A DNA stretch of 64,000 nucleotides, from positions 96,001-160,000 of the forward strand of contig CAVUWV010000012.1 of assembly GCA_963745075.1 (NCBI GenBank), written 5' to 3'. Position 1 is the stretch's first letter; each line of letters starts with the position of its first letter. The DNA is from Candidatus Hydrogenedentota bacterium. Lineage in GTDB: Bacteria; Hydrogenedentota; Hydrogenedentia; Hydrogenedentales; SLHB01. Under the pieces are notes generated by a model. The model searched no databases and was not told the origin of the DNA. It saw only the letters and a list, made by a program, of their open reading frames with translations. This document shows positions 1 to 9,878 of this stretch, in pieces. A program made the position numbers and the translations under genes.

Positions 1-184
1 TCGTTTTCGACGCGTGATCGGCGTAGAACTGTTTCCGGTTCATCTCCTCAACATAGACCGCGTACCAGAACCGCCGGACTTGTTCCCGTTCCGATTCGTT
101 TTCCACAAGCCGGAGATTGCGGTTGCGCGGGTATTCGAAGCGAATAGGTTCAACTGGTACGGCGACATTCATGCTCTCAGTCAT
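1..184 (-). CDS. 5' part of a putative GNAT-fold N-acyltransferase (FeeM/N-acyl amino acid synthase-like); runs off the window edge
   Basis: Manual translation from ATG at 184: MTESMNVAVPVEPIRFEYPRNRNLRLVENESEREQVRRFWYAVYVEEMNRKQFYADHASKT. GGAGG RBS at 191-195. The ExE..RFxYxVYVEEM...ADH pattern resembles GNAT acyltransferase N-termini. Confidence 0.55.
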   Translation of the reverse strand, partial: MTESMNVAVPVEPIRFEYPRNRNLRLVENESEREQVRRFWYAVYVEEMNRKQFYADHASKT

Positions 185-290
185 TCTTCCCCTCCTGATA
201 GGTTCACGGCATCGACGCACGAAGTGCGTTCTGCTTGCAGCCAACTCTTCATCGCGTGACGACCAGGACGCGACCGTCGGCATTGCATAG

Positions 291-306
291 GCAAGATTCG
301 GGCCAA
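291..306 (-). promoter_or_regulatory. Putative sigma54 -24/-12 promoter for the leftward acyltransferase-like gene
   Basis: Minus strand reads TTGGCCCGAATCTTGC: exact GG-N10-GC spacing, about 105 nt upstream of the ATG. Confidence 0.65.
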
Positions 307-669
307 GTGCAGTCCTTCCGAGGCCGTGCACTCGAAGGTGTTTTATCAAAAAGGTTTAGGCGGAGCATGCGAGGGACGGACGGGGCTACCCTGTCGCTCG
401 TTGGTGGTCCAGTACCTGAACCATGCGGTACAGCTACTGGGCCATTTGCATTGAGCGTCGATGCTGCGTTCGTCCGATTCACGGGGGATAGAAATTGGTG
501 TTTCGCATCCGATCGGTTGCGGGATGCGGAGCGCTCCGGATCGGAAACGGGCATACGGGAATCACGCGCGACGCCCATGGTTGGAACCGTGGCAATACTA
601 TCTACCGGAATCGGTGATACGCGCTCAGCGCGTGCAGAGCATTTGCCGTGACGGGAAGATATTCGTAGA

Positions 670-2862
670 ATGCGCAGTATGCCGTTCGATGCGGAAACCA
701 TGGGTTCATACCGTCTTGTCCACGAATTGGGGCGGGGCGGAATGGGGGTCGTGTACCTTGCCGAAGATACGCAGTTGAGCCGCACGGTCGCGCTCAAATT
801 CCTGTTTCCGACCCTCGCCAACGATCGGGCGTTCATCGACCGCTTCCAGCAGGAGGCGCGGGCCATATCGGGGCTGAACCATCCCCACATCGTGCACATC
901 AACAGTTTCCAACGGTTTGACGACCAACAGGTTGCCATCGACATGGAATACGTCGGCGGCGGGTCCTTGGGGCAGTTGATGGCCGGGCGGAAAGCGGACG
1001 CGCCCGCTGGTGCGGTTTCGATGGATGCCATCGTGACGATTGCCTATGAAACACTGTTGGGGTTGCAGGCCTGTCACCATCTCGGCGTGGTCCATCGCGA
1101 CATCAAGCCGAGCAACATCCTGCTTACCGGCGAGGGCCGTGTGAAGATCACGGATTTCGGTTTGGCCACGGCGTACGCCTCGCATCTGGAAGCGTCGGTG
1201 GCGCGGACGACGAGTTCGAGCTTCTTCATGGGCACGCCCCGGTTTGCACCGCCGGAAGCCTGGGAATGCCTGAAACCGGAGCCCATGTGGGATTTCTACT
1301 CCCTGGGCGTCGTCCTTTACGAGGCATTGACGGGAGTCATTCCTTACGACGGGGGCTCGCCGCTGGCGATCATCAAACAGATGACAGGGGAAAAACCCCC
1401 GACGGTGCGCGAGGTAAATCCGAGTATTTCGGAGCCGCTGGGCGCCCTGGTAGATTCCATGATGTCCCGTTCACCCGAGGAACGGCCGCAAAGCGCCGAG
1501 GAAGCGATCGAAGCCTTGCGTGCAACACCGGAGTTTCCCAAGGGCGACGATGGGGAAGGGCCGACGATCGTTCTGCCGCTCAAGGTGCGGGGCGATCGCA
1601 CGGCGAAAACCTGGTCGAGATCGTCCCGGGCGTTGGTCGCGTCGCTTGCGCTTGTTGCCGTGGTCTTCGTAGGGTCGCTCTTCGCGTGGTTTCAGTGGTC
1701 CCCGTCGCGTAACCCCTCGGGGCCGGCGGAATCACCGTCCGCGTCGCAAACACCATCGCCTGCGAAAGCGGAAGCGGCACTTGCATCATCCCGGTTTGCC
1801 GAAGGGCAATGCCGGGTGTATTCCGTCACGTCGATCGGGGGCGAGGCCTTGCCCGGTTGTTCGCTGTTGTATGTGCGCGGGAACGACGGCGGTGGCCAGT
1901 TCGTCGCGTATTGGGAATCCGGCATGCTTCGCGCGGACGCGGCGTCCGAGGCAGGTAACGTTCTGGAACTTCGCGGCGGATGGGCGCGTTTCCGCGATAG
2001 GTTCGGCCGGGCCGTGCAACGGGGCACCTTGACGGGCACCGGTCAATGGCTTGCCGAACGCAACGCGTTTACCGCGACACTGCGGATGGTCAACGATTCC
2101 GACAATACGGTCTTCGATGCGACATTGAGCGGCGTGACCCGAGACCCGCGCGAAAGCGACACCCAATTCTTCGCGACACTCGAGGAGCAACCGAGTGTAA
2201 TGTCGCTGATTTACAACGAGTTGCTGCCGCGGGGCATCGATTGGGCGATCCAATGCGAGGGGTATCTGCCGGCACTGCCCGGCGCGCGATACGCGGTGCC
2301 CGCGATCGATGCCGGTGCCGTTCGCGTTGACGGGATTCTTTCCGAGGAAACCTGGTTCAAAGCATATTATGACGAAACCGGACGGATCGGCGAATTGAAA
2401 TCACTTCCGGGATCCGAACCCGTCAGCCTGCACGTGCGCAGTACGCCACAAAACGCGTTTCTCGGCGTGAGCATCCCGGTCAAGGGAAGCAGTGCTTTGC
2501 GGCTGGCGATTGCCGTTCAAGATCGCGTCGGATTGCCTTTCAACCTGACGCCGCGCTACGTCATCCGTGTCAGCGATGACGCGCCGATCGAATTCACGCG
2601 ATATGTCGGGTCTCGCGAGGCGCCGTGGGAAACCCCGTGGCACGTGGAGACAGGGCAGTCGGAGAATGCGTGGACCGTGGAGCTGGCAATACCGAGGATC
2701 GATACCGGCGATGACGCCGCACGCATGCGATTGAACGCGGCACTCTTCCGCGTGGCCCCCGGTGGCGAAGCGACGCCCATCGCAACGTGGGGGTGGCCCG
2801 AACTCGACGCAACACGGCACGGCGCCCTATTGGTGTTCAAAACTGTGAATGGGGCTAGATAA
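670..2862 (+). CDS. Membrane Hanks-type Ser/Thr protein kinase with C-terminal extracytoplasmic domain (copy 1)
   Basis: GRGGMGVVY, VALK, HRDIKPSN, DFG and GTPRF motifs; TM segment ALVASLALVAVVFVGSLFAWF; C-terminal region with a VDGILSEETW CBM9/DOMON-like motif. Confidence 0.92.
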   Translation: MRSMPFDAETMGSYRLVHELGRGGMGVVYLAEDTQLSRTVALKFLFPTLANDRAFIDRFQQEARAISGLNHPHIVHINSFQRFDDQQVAIDMEYVGGGSLGQLMAGRKADAPAGAVSMDAIVTIAYETLLGLQACHHLGVVHRDIKPSNILLTGEGRVKITDFGLATAYASHLEASVARTTSSSFFMGTPRFAPPEAWECLKPEPMWDFYSLGVVLYEALTGVIPYDGGSPLAIIKQMTGEKPPTVREVNPSISEPLGALVDSMMSRSPEERPQSAEEAIEALRATPEFPKGDDGEGPTIVLPLKVRGDRTAKTWSRSSRALVASLALVAVVFVGSLFAWFQWSPSRNPSGPAESPSASQTPSPAKAEAALASSRFAEGQCRVYSVTSIGGEALPGCSLLYVRGNDGGGQFVAYWESGMLRADAASEAGNVLELRGGWARFRDRFGRAVQRGTLTGTGQWLAERNAFTATLRMVNDSDNTVFDATLSGVTRDPRESDTQFFATLEEQPSVMSLIYNELLPRGIDWAIQCEGYLPALPGARYAVPAIDAGAVRVDGILSEETWFKAYYDETGRIGELKSLPGSEPVSLHVRSTPQNAFLGVSIPVKGSSALRLAIAVQDRVGLPFNLTPRYVIRVSDDAPIEFTRYVGSREAPWETPWHVETGQSENAWTVELAIPRIDTGDDAARMRLNAALFRVAPGGEATPIATWGWPELDATRHGALLVFKTVNGAR

Positions 2863-2885
2863 CAATCCGTTTGGGAGTAGGCGAT

Positions 2886-5064
2886 GTGATTCGGACAATG
2901 ATCGCCCATTGAGTTCGGTGCGGCACTGCTGTTCCTGGTGAGCCTGCTCCCGTGCTTCAGCGGAGGAACGGTACACGCGCAGGAACCTGAAGAGGCATTC
3001 GTTCCGCCGTCGTCCAATCCGGCATCGCTTACCGTCGTGAATGACCTGCTGCTGTTCGTCGCCGACGACGGCCTGCACGGCCGGGAGCTGTGGCGGTACC
3101 ACGACCGGACCGACGAAGCCGCAATGGTCGCGGATTTGACGAAGGGCCCGGAGGAGACAATCTTTGGACCAATGGTCTCGTTTGCGCAGCATTGCCTGTT
3201 TGGCGTCCGCGATGCCGAGCATGGAAGTGAACTTTGGATCACGGACGGCACCGAGAAGGGCACGGCTCGTCTCGCACGCTGGGATTTTGGACCGGAGAAA
3301 GGGTTCGCCTATTTTCTGGGCGAGTTGGACGGTCAGTATATCTTCGCCGTTGATGAGGCGTTCGCGACACGGTTGTGGCGGACGGATGGGACCCCGGAAG
3401 GCACGCGATCGGTAATGGAGTCGGAGGGCGGCACCTCGCCGATGGTGGAGCGCGATTGCGCCTGCCGGGTCGGCGACGCACTCCTGTTTCCCGCCTATGT
3501 CGCCGGGTCGAAGGCCGGCGAATTCCGCTCCGGATTGTGGCGCACAGACGGAACCGCGGAGGGCACGTCGGAACTTCGAACCTTTCTCGAAGCGCCCGAA
3601 GAACTGATTTCTATCGACTCCGGCGCGATTTTCAGTGCCTATACCGAAAAAACCGGGCATGAAGCTTGGATTACAGACGGCACATCCGATGGCACTCGAC
3701 TTCTGCACGATATCGTGGAAGGCCCGGGGTCATCGGGGCCGAAGGGATTTTGCCCGTTTGGACCACGTTTTATCTTCTCCGCGTGGCGGGAGCGCACGGG
3801 CACCGAATTATGGTTGTCCGGCAACGCTCCCGGTGACTTGACGGAGGTGGACATCGAGCCCGGTGCGAATGGGTCGGACCCCTATGCGTTCAAGGCGGCA
3901 GGGCCGTATGTGTATTTCTGCGCGACACGCAGCGGCTTTGGCAAAGAGTTATGGCGTTCCGACGGCACACCCGAAGAAACTATTCGGTTGACGGATAGCC
4001 GTCCCGGGCCGCTGTCGGGAGAACCGTATGCGTTGTGCGTCTTGAACAACCAGGTGTTCTTCAGCGCCCACAACGACGAATACGGCGAGGAACTTTGGGT
4101 TAGCCGGGGTGACCCCGCGAATACGCAAATGGTGTTGGATATCGCGAAGGGCCCCATGAGTTCGGAACCGTATGGAACGGTCGTGTATCACGGTCTGGTG
4201 TATTTCGCAGCCACCCATCCGCTCCACGGCCGGGAACTCTGGCGCAGCAACGGCTCGCCCGAAGGGACCGCCTTGGTCAAGGATATCAACAACGATCTCC
4301 GCATCAACCCGTCGTCCGCGCCGCAGCAGTTGACCCCCGCCGGCAAGCGGCTTTTCTTCGTGGCGAACGATATCCAGCACGGCGCCGAATTGTGGCGCAC
4401 GGATGGGACGCGGGCCGGCAGCGCCATGGTGCGCGACATCTATCCCGGCCGGGCCAGTTCGGACCCACGGAATCTGACTGCGGTGGGGGAACGCGTTTAT
4501 TTCAGCGCGGATGATGGCGCACATGGCGTCGAACTCTGGCAGTCCGATGGCGAAGCGACCGGCACGTCGCTCGTAGTCGATATCGCCCAGGAAGGGTCGT
4601 CCGGGCCGCGGGAGCTGACGGCCTTTGGAGACGTGCTGATGTTTGTGGCACATCGCCCCAGCGACGGCGAGGAACTCTGGATTACCGAACCGGGCGGCGC
4701 GCGCCGCATGCGGGACATCGCGCCGGGGCCGGCTTCCTCGAGCCCGCGCGACCTGGCCGTCTGGCAGGGAGCGGTTTATTTCCGTGCCGACGACGGGGTG
4801 CATGGCGAGGAACTCTGGCGCAGCGACGGCACGGAGCGCGGCACGTTTATGGTGAAGGATATCGTTCCTGTGCCGTACGAGGGGGCTTCGTTGGAGGAAA
4901 TCGTTCCGAACGGCGATCGGCTGTATTTTGCGGCCGACGATCGGGTCCATGGATTGGAGTTGTGGACGTTTGGGCCGGAAGATGCTAGATTACCCTCAGT
5001 CCTTGACCTGGTGACCTTAGACGATATTCTAGTGACCTCACATTCACCGACGGGGAGCCCGTAG
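2886..5064 (+). CDS. Secreted ELWxxDGT-repeat beta-propeller protein (copy 1)
   Basis: About 14 ELWxxDGT-type repeats (ORF track 2938-5064). Removing one C from CCC at 2905-2907 joins GTG 2886 (GGAG RBS) to a signal peptide MIRTMIAIEFGAALLFLVSLLPCFSGGTVHA. Confidence 0.88.
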
Positions 5065-5068
5065 CCAA

Positions 5069-6895
5069 ATGCACGAGCTGGTCGAACGAACCGGCGCCTC
5101 CGAAGGACGGCGCTGGACCATCAAACGCGAGCCCATGCTGCTGGGGCGCAGCGCGCAGTGCGACATCCGCGTCATCGATACCATTGTGTCGCGCCGGCAC
5201 TGCGAGATCTGGGAGTCCGACGCGGGCGTCCACTTCCGGGACCTGGGCAGCAGCAACGCCTCGCTGATCAATGGCGAGCCCATCCACGAAACGGTGTTGC
5301 GCACCGGCGATGAGATCTCCATTGGCGGCCATGTGTTCGTCGTCGCTTCGGCCGAAGTGAAGAATGATTTTCTGGATGCGTCCGTGGACGATCCAACCCC
5401 CATTACGGTTGCGTTGTCCGAAAGTGTGTACGCGCTGGACGAGGTATGTGAAGTTGATAAGCCGGGGTTTACGGCAGAAGACGGATTCCGCTCGTTGCTG
5501 GCTTTCAGCCGCCAACTCAGCCGAATCGAGACGGTGACGGAATCGCTCGAATGCCTGGAGCGCCTTCTCGTGGATCGGTTCAAGCCGGAGGCGTTGTGGG
5601 TGGTGACGTTTCGCGGCGCGGAACGTGAACCCTTACAACAACGCATTGTTGGCGATGCCACGTCCGGCAACATCCCCGTCGACGCGATTCACCGCGCGGC
5701 GCAACAGACCGCCGGGTTTCTCGTGCCGTTGACCCACCGCGGCGGCAAACGGAGCGCGCTGCAGACCCTCATGGTGACGCCGCTCACCATCGGAAACGAG
5801 GCCATCGGCGCCATCGCCGCGCAGGCCGGCCTGCCCCATGGCGTGTTCGACGAGAGCGATCTCGAGTTCTTCATCGCCGTCGCCCACACCTTTGCCCCGT
5901 ATTTCCGTGCGCTCGGGCGTGCCGCGCAATTGAAACGGGACTATGAACGATCCGACGCCGCGTTGGATCGGAGCAGCGGGCTTATCGGAGAAACCCCCGT
6001 CATGCGGCGCGTGCGTAAAGAGCTTCGACGGGCCGCCGAGACGCCCTTAAACGTACTGCTCTGCGGAGAAACGGGGACGGGCAAGGAACTCGCCGCGCGC
6101 ATGCTTCACGATGAGTCCCCCCGCGCCGACGGACCTTATATCGTGGTGAACTGCGCTGCGATCCCGTCCAACTTGTTCGAAAGCGAGATCTTCGGTCACG
6201 AGCAAGGCGCGTTTACCGGCGCGACCCGCCGCAAGATCGGCCGTTTCGAAGAGGCCCATGGCGGCACCCTGTTTCTGGACGAGATCGGCGATCTCTCCGA
6301 AGAGAATCAGGCCTGCCTGTTACGGGCCATTGAAGTCGGCTCGTTCAACCGCGTGGGTGGTCCGGCCATCATCGTCGACGTACGCGTTGTCGCGGCGACC
6401 AACCGGTTGTCGGTCAATGCCTCCCATCCGCAATGCATGCGGTCCGACCTTTACCACCGCTTGAGCGGGTTCGAAATCCACTTGCCGCCGCTGCGGGAGC
6501 GCATAAAGGACGTCGGTCCGCTCGCGGAGCATTTTCTTCAGCAATTTAACCGGCACAACGGCACCTTCATCGCGGGTATCGCGCCGGAGGCGTACCAGGC
6601 CCTGTCGGAATGGTACTGGCCCGGCAACGTCCGCGAGTTGCGGGCCTGCATCGAACGCGCCGCGTCACTCACGCAAAGCGACACGATTCAACTCAGCGAC
6701 ATCCTGCTCCGCGACCCGGTCGCCCGAGCTGCCGAACAGTCCGGTGTGAAATTGACACTCGCCGAGGCCGAAAAGAAGCACATCCTCGCCGTGCTTCAGC
6801 ACAATCAGGGCAACATCCGCGCGACCGCGCGTGCCCTCGACATCTCCCGCACCACGCTCTACAAAAAATTCGAGGACTACGGCATCACGTCGTAG
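5069..6895 (+). CDS. FHA-GAF-like-AAA+-HTH sigma54-dependent enhancer-binding protein (copy 1)
   Basis: FHA motifs GR, SRRH and DLGSSN; Walker [28 protein letters not shown]; Fis-type [15 protein letters not shown]. Confidence 0.93.
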   Translation: MHELVERTGASEGRRWTIKREPMLLGRSAQCDIRVIDTIVSRRHCEIWESDAGVHFRDLGSSNASLINGEPIHETVLRTGDEISIGGHVFVVASAEVKNDFLDASVDDPTPITVALSESVYALDEVCEVDKPGFTAEDGFRSLLAFSRQLSRIETVTESLECLERLLVDRFKPEALWVVTFRGAEREPLQQRIVGDATSGNIPVDAIHRAAQQTAGFLVPLTHRGGKRSALQTLMVTPLTIGNEAIGAIAAQAGLPHGVFDESDLEFFIAVAHTFAPYFRALGRAAQLKRDYERSDAALDRSSGLIGETPVMRRVRKELRRAAETPLNVLLCGETGTGKELAARMLHDESPRADGPYIVVNCAAIPSNLFESEIFGHEQGAFTGATRRKIGRFEEAHGGTLFLDEIGDLSEENQACLLRAIEVGSFNRVGGPAIIVDVRVVAATNRLSVNASHPQCMRSDLYHRLSGFEIHLPPLRERIKDVGPLAEHFLQQFNRHNGTFIAGIAPEAYQALSEWYWPGNVRELRACIERAASLTQSDTIQLSDILLRDPVARAAEQSGVKLTLAEAEKKHILAVLQHNQGNIRATARALDISRTTLYKKFEDYGITS

Positions 6896-7655
6896 ACTCG
6901 ACTGGCTTCAGTCGCTCATGGGCTGTGTGCGCAATCACCGTAGTACGTGGCTTCTCATGTTAACTCCCAATCCAAGCGAATCGTTTTGGGGCGATGCCCA
7001 CGCGGAGTTCGCAGTCTTCGACGATCGCCAACACAAGTGTGTATGGTGGAATCCACACGAAAACATCATTCGCAGTCTTCGTAATTTTTCGCTTTGTAAC
7101 TAGCTGAAGTGTAATTGGTTATCAAGGTTCAGCGCTTTGCAGGCATGGGCGGCGCTTGTGACCTCAAGCGGCCGGTTCCGATGTCCCAAAGGTCCAAATG
7201 TTCTATCCCGGGATTCTCACACGCATCAAACGTCGAATCCGTAAATCCAAACCGCCCTGGAGCTTCGCGCGTTGGTCCGAGCTTTTGGGGTTCGCAGAGC
7301 GCGCTCGGGAATTCCTCAACTGTGAGCCTTCGGTCTTTCTCGAAAGCATTTCTCACCGCGTCCAAGGTACCGGTTCAGCAAGACGACGATTTTCGGGGCG
7401 GTGAGAAATGCGGGCTACACCTTTCATCCCGCTCATTCTATACGCCTGACGCCCGCCGGATCTCCTGGTTCCCCACGCTGGTTCCCGTTGCCGCCAAAAC
7501 CTTTAGCGCAGCCGTCGATTGGAAACGACTGTGCACTATCCAGTATCTTAGTTGGCGTGTGAAGTTGTGTTGCCGTCTCTGTGCTTGGTATGTGTGAGTC
7601 CCGTATTCATTGAGGATTACGGGCGGGAAGTTTGGTTCCTTAGTATGGGGTCAGT

Positions 7656-9878
7656 TTGAGTACCGCCGGAAAGATTCAACCGGGCCGTCTGTTAGGCAAA
7701 TACCGCATTATCTCGGAGATAGGCCGCGGAGGAATGGGGGTTGTCTATCTGGCCGAGGACACGTCGCTCGACCGCAACGTGGCGCTGAAACTCTTGCCGG
7801 CTGCACTCATGCTGGATGAATCCTTCGCGGCCCGGTTCCGGAAGGAAGCGAAGGCTATCGCAGCGCTCTCCCATCCCAATGTCGTTCACGTTCACGCGTT
7901 CGAAGTGATCGAAGGAATCCCGATCATCGAGATGGAGTATATCGAAGGGGGTTCACTCAGCGAGCGCCTGCGCAAGGAAGTCCTTACCGCCCATACGCTG
8001 GTCAAGTATGCCCACGACGTGGCCGCGGCACTCGGTTTCTGCCATGGGTTGCACGCGGTTCATCGCGACATCAAGCCATCGAACATCCTGATTGACCGGC
8101 TCGACCGCGCGCGGCTAGCCGATTTCGGAATCGCAAAAGCCGTTGCCGAATCGGAGCACCTTTCGCTTACCCATTCCTGGTCCGGTGTTTTTCAGGGCAC
8201 TCCGCACTACGTGCCGCCGGAGGCATGGGAAGGACGTCCGCCTACACCGGGGTGGGACATCTACGGGTTGGGCGTGGTTCTATTCGAATCGTTGACCGGA
8301 GCGCCGCCCTATTCCGCACCCACGCCGCTCGAACTCGTCCGGAAGATCGCGACTACCCCCGTTCCCCCGATCAGAGAATTAAATCCGAAGGTATCCGAAC
8401 CACTCGGCGCGCTGATCGATGAAATGGTGTGCCCAAATCCGGACGAACGGGTAGGTGATGCCGAGCAGGTTCTGCGCCGCTTGGAGGATGTACCGGAATA
8501 CGAGGCGGTCGGCGGCTCGGAGGCCGTGACGCAGACGTTGTCGACCCCTTCGACACCGCGTATTTGGCGAAGTACGACGAGCGCGATTCGCCGGAATCGT
8601 GTGTCATTCGGGGTTCTGGGCGCTGCGGTTCTTCTGGTCCTGCTCGCGATAGGGTATCTCATGCCGCGTCTTCCGCTGCACGCGGACGACACGCGTATGG
8701 GCCCATCGCAGTCCGACATTGGATCGTCAATTGCGGGTCCCACGCAAGACGTAGATCTCCTACTCCCGACGCTTTCGACGGAGGGTTTACTCGGGTTGTC
8801 GAAAGGCGTTACCGGCGGGAACACGCTCGTCTTCGCGGCACGACACCAACCCGATGTCACCGAAGTTTGGCTTGTCTCGTTCACCAGCAGCGGAGACCCC
8901 GTTCAAATTGTCGCCAGCGGTTCCGAAAATGTGGAGTGCCTCGATCTGGTAAAGGAGAGCGAAGACGGCGACTATACCGTACACGGTTCTTGGGCCGGTT
9001 ACTCGGACGAGGCGGGTACCGCATTTCAATATGGCACCGTACAGGGCTCACTCGAATGGCGGCCGGTCCCGGCCAACTTTTACGGTGTCTTGACCTATCA
9101 CTCGGATAAGACCGGGGCCGATTACGACGAGCCGGTAAGTGCGGGCAGGCATCCGGACATTGTCAATGACACACAGTTTGTATATCACTTGGAATCTTCG
9201 GAGTACATTCAGCCGGTTCTGTACAACCAACTGATGCCTCGCGGATTGGAATGGGCCGCATCTATCGACGGCTTATTGCCATGCTTTGTGGGTGGTGTTT
9301 CGCATGTCTCAACGATCACCGAGGCTGCGAATGGCGTATCAAACGATCACGCTGCCTGGGACGAGACGTTTGTAGACGTTGCACCCTTGGACGGGTGGCC
9401 GAAAACGCTCCGTCCAGAACTATATGCGGTATGCACGGCGAAGGCATTGCTTGTGCGTTTCCAGTGGAAAGACCTCGCGGTGGATTCTCCGTTGCTCGAT
9501 TTGCGCGTATTGCGGACGTATCGCGTTCCCTTGTCGGCGAGCCCGGCATTGCGGATCGTGTATGAAGCGAAAAACGACACAACGCGAGAATGCTTTGGCG
9601 GCGACGGCGAAACGCTCGTCGAAGGCGACTGCACATTTCAAACCGGCACGACCGGCGATACAACGTACATCGAAGGCGTGATTCCCCATACCGTGTTTGG
9701 TGACGGCATGGAAGCGCCCGGCGTTGATGACCGGTGGCGACTTAACGCGCTGGTGTACCGCAAGGGCGACACGTCCGGACGCGAAATCATCTGTCGCTGG
9801 GGATTCCCGGACGAGACCGCCGTGCAGCATGGTGCCGTCCTTCGCTTCGACGGGAAAACGGGGAACCCGGCACGATGA
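7656..9878 (+). CDS. Membrane Hanks-type Ser/Thr protein kinase (copy 2, paralog of 670-2862)
   Basis: GRGGMGVVY, VALK, HRDIKPSN, DFG and GTPHY motifs; TM segment VSFGVLGAAVLLVLLAIGYL; C-terminal motifs shared with copy 1. Confidence 0.92.
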   Translation: MSTAGKIQPGRLLGKYRIISEIGRGGMGVVYLAEDTSLDRNVALKLLPAALMLDESFAARFRKEAKAIAALSHPNVVHVHAFEVIEGIPIIEMEYIEGGSLSERLRKEVLTAHTLVKYAHDVAAALGFCHGLHAVHRDIKPSNILIDRLDRARLADFGIAKAVAESEHLSLTHSWSGVFQGTPHYVPPEAWEGRPPTPGWDIYGLGVVLFESLTGAPPYSAPTPLELVRKIATTPVPPIRELNPKVSEPLGALIDEMVCPNPDERVGDAEQVLRRLEDVPEYEAVGGSEAVTQTLSTPSTPRIWRSTTSAIRRNRVSFGVLGAAVLLVLLAIGYLMPRLPLHADDTRMGPSQSDIGSSIAGPTQDVDLLLPTLSTEGLLGLSKGVTGGNTLVFAARHQPDVTEVWLVSFTSSGDPVQIVASGSENVECLDLVKESEDGDYTVHGSWAGYSDEAGTAFQYGTVQGSLEWRPVPANFYGVLTYHSDKTGADYDEPVSAGRHPDIVNDTQFVYHLESSEYIQPVLYNQLMPRGLEWAASIDGLLPCFVGGVSHVSTITEAANGVSNDHAAWDETFVDVAPLDGWPKTLRPELYAVCTAKALLVRFQWKDLAVDSPLLDLRVLRTYRVPLSASPALRIVYEAKNDTTRECFGGDGETLVEGDCTFQTGTTGDTTYIEGVIPHTVFGDGMEAPGVDDRWRLNALVYRKGDTSGREIICRWGFPDETAVQHGAVLRFDGKTGNPAR

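Noticed and set aside
341..358. IHF site upstream of the left sigma54 promoter
   Set aside because: TATCAA is present, but the TTR element is displaced from the WATCAA-N4-TTR consensus.
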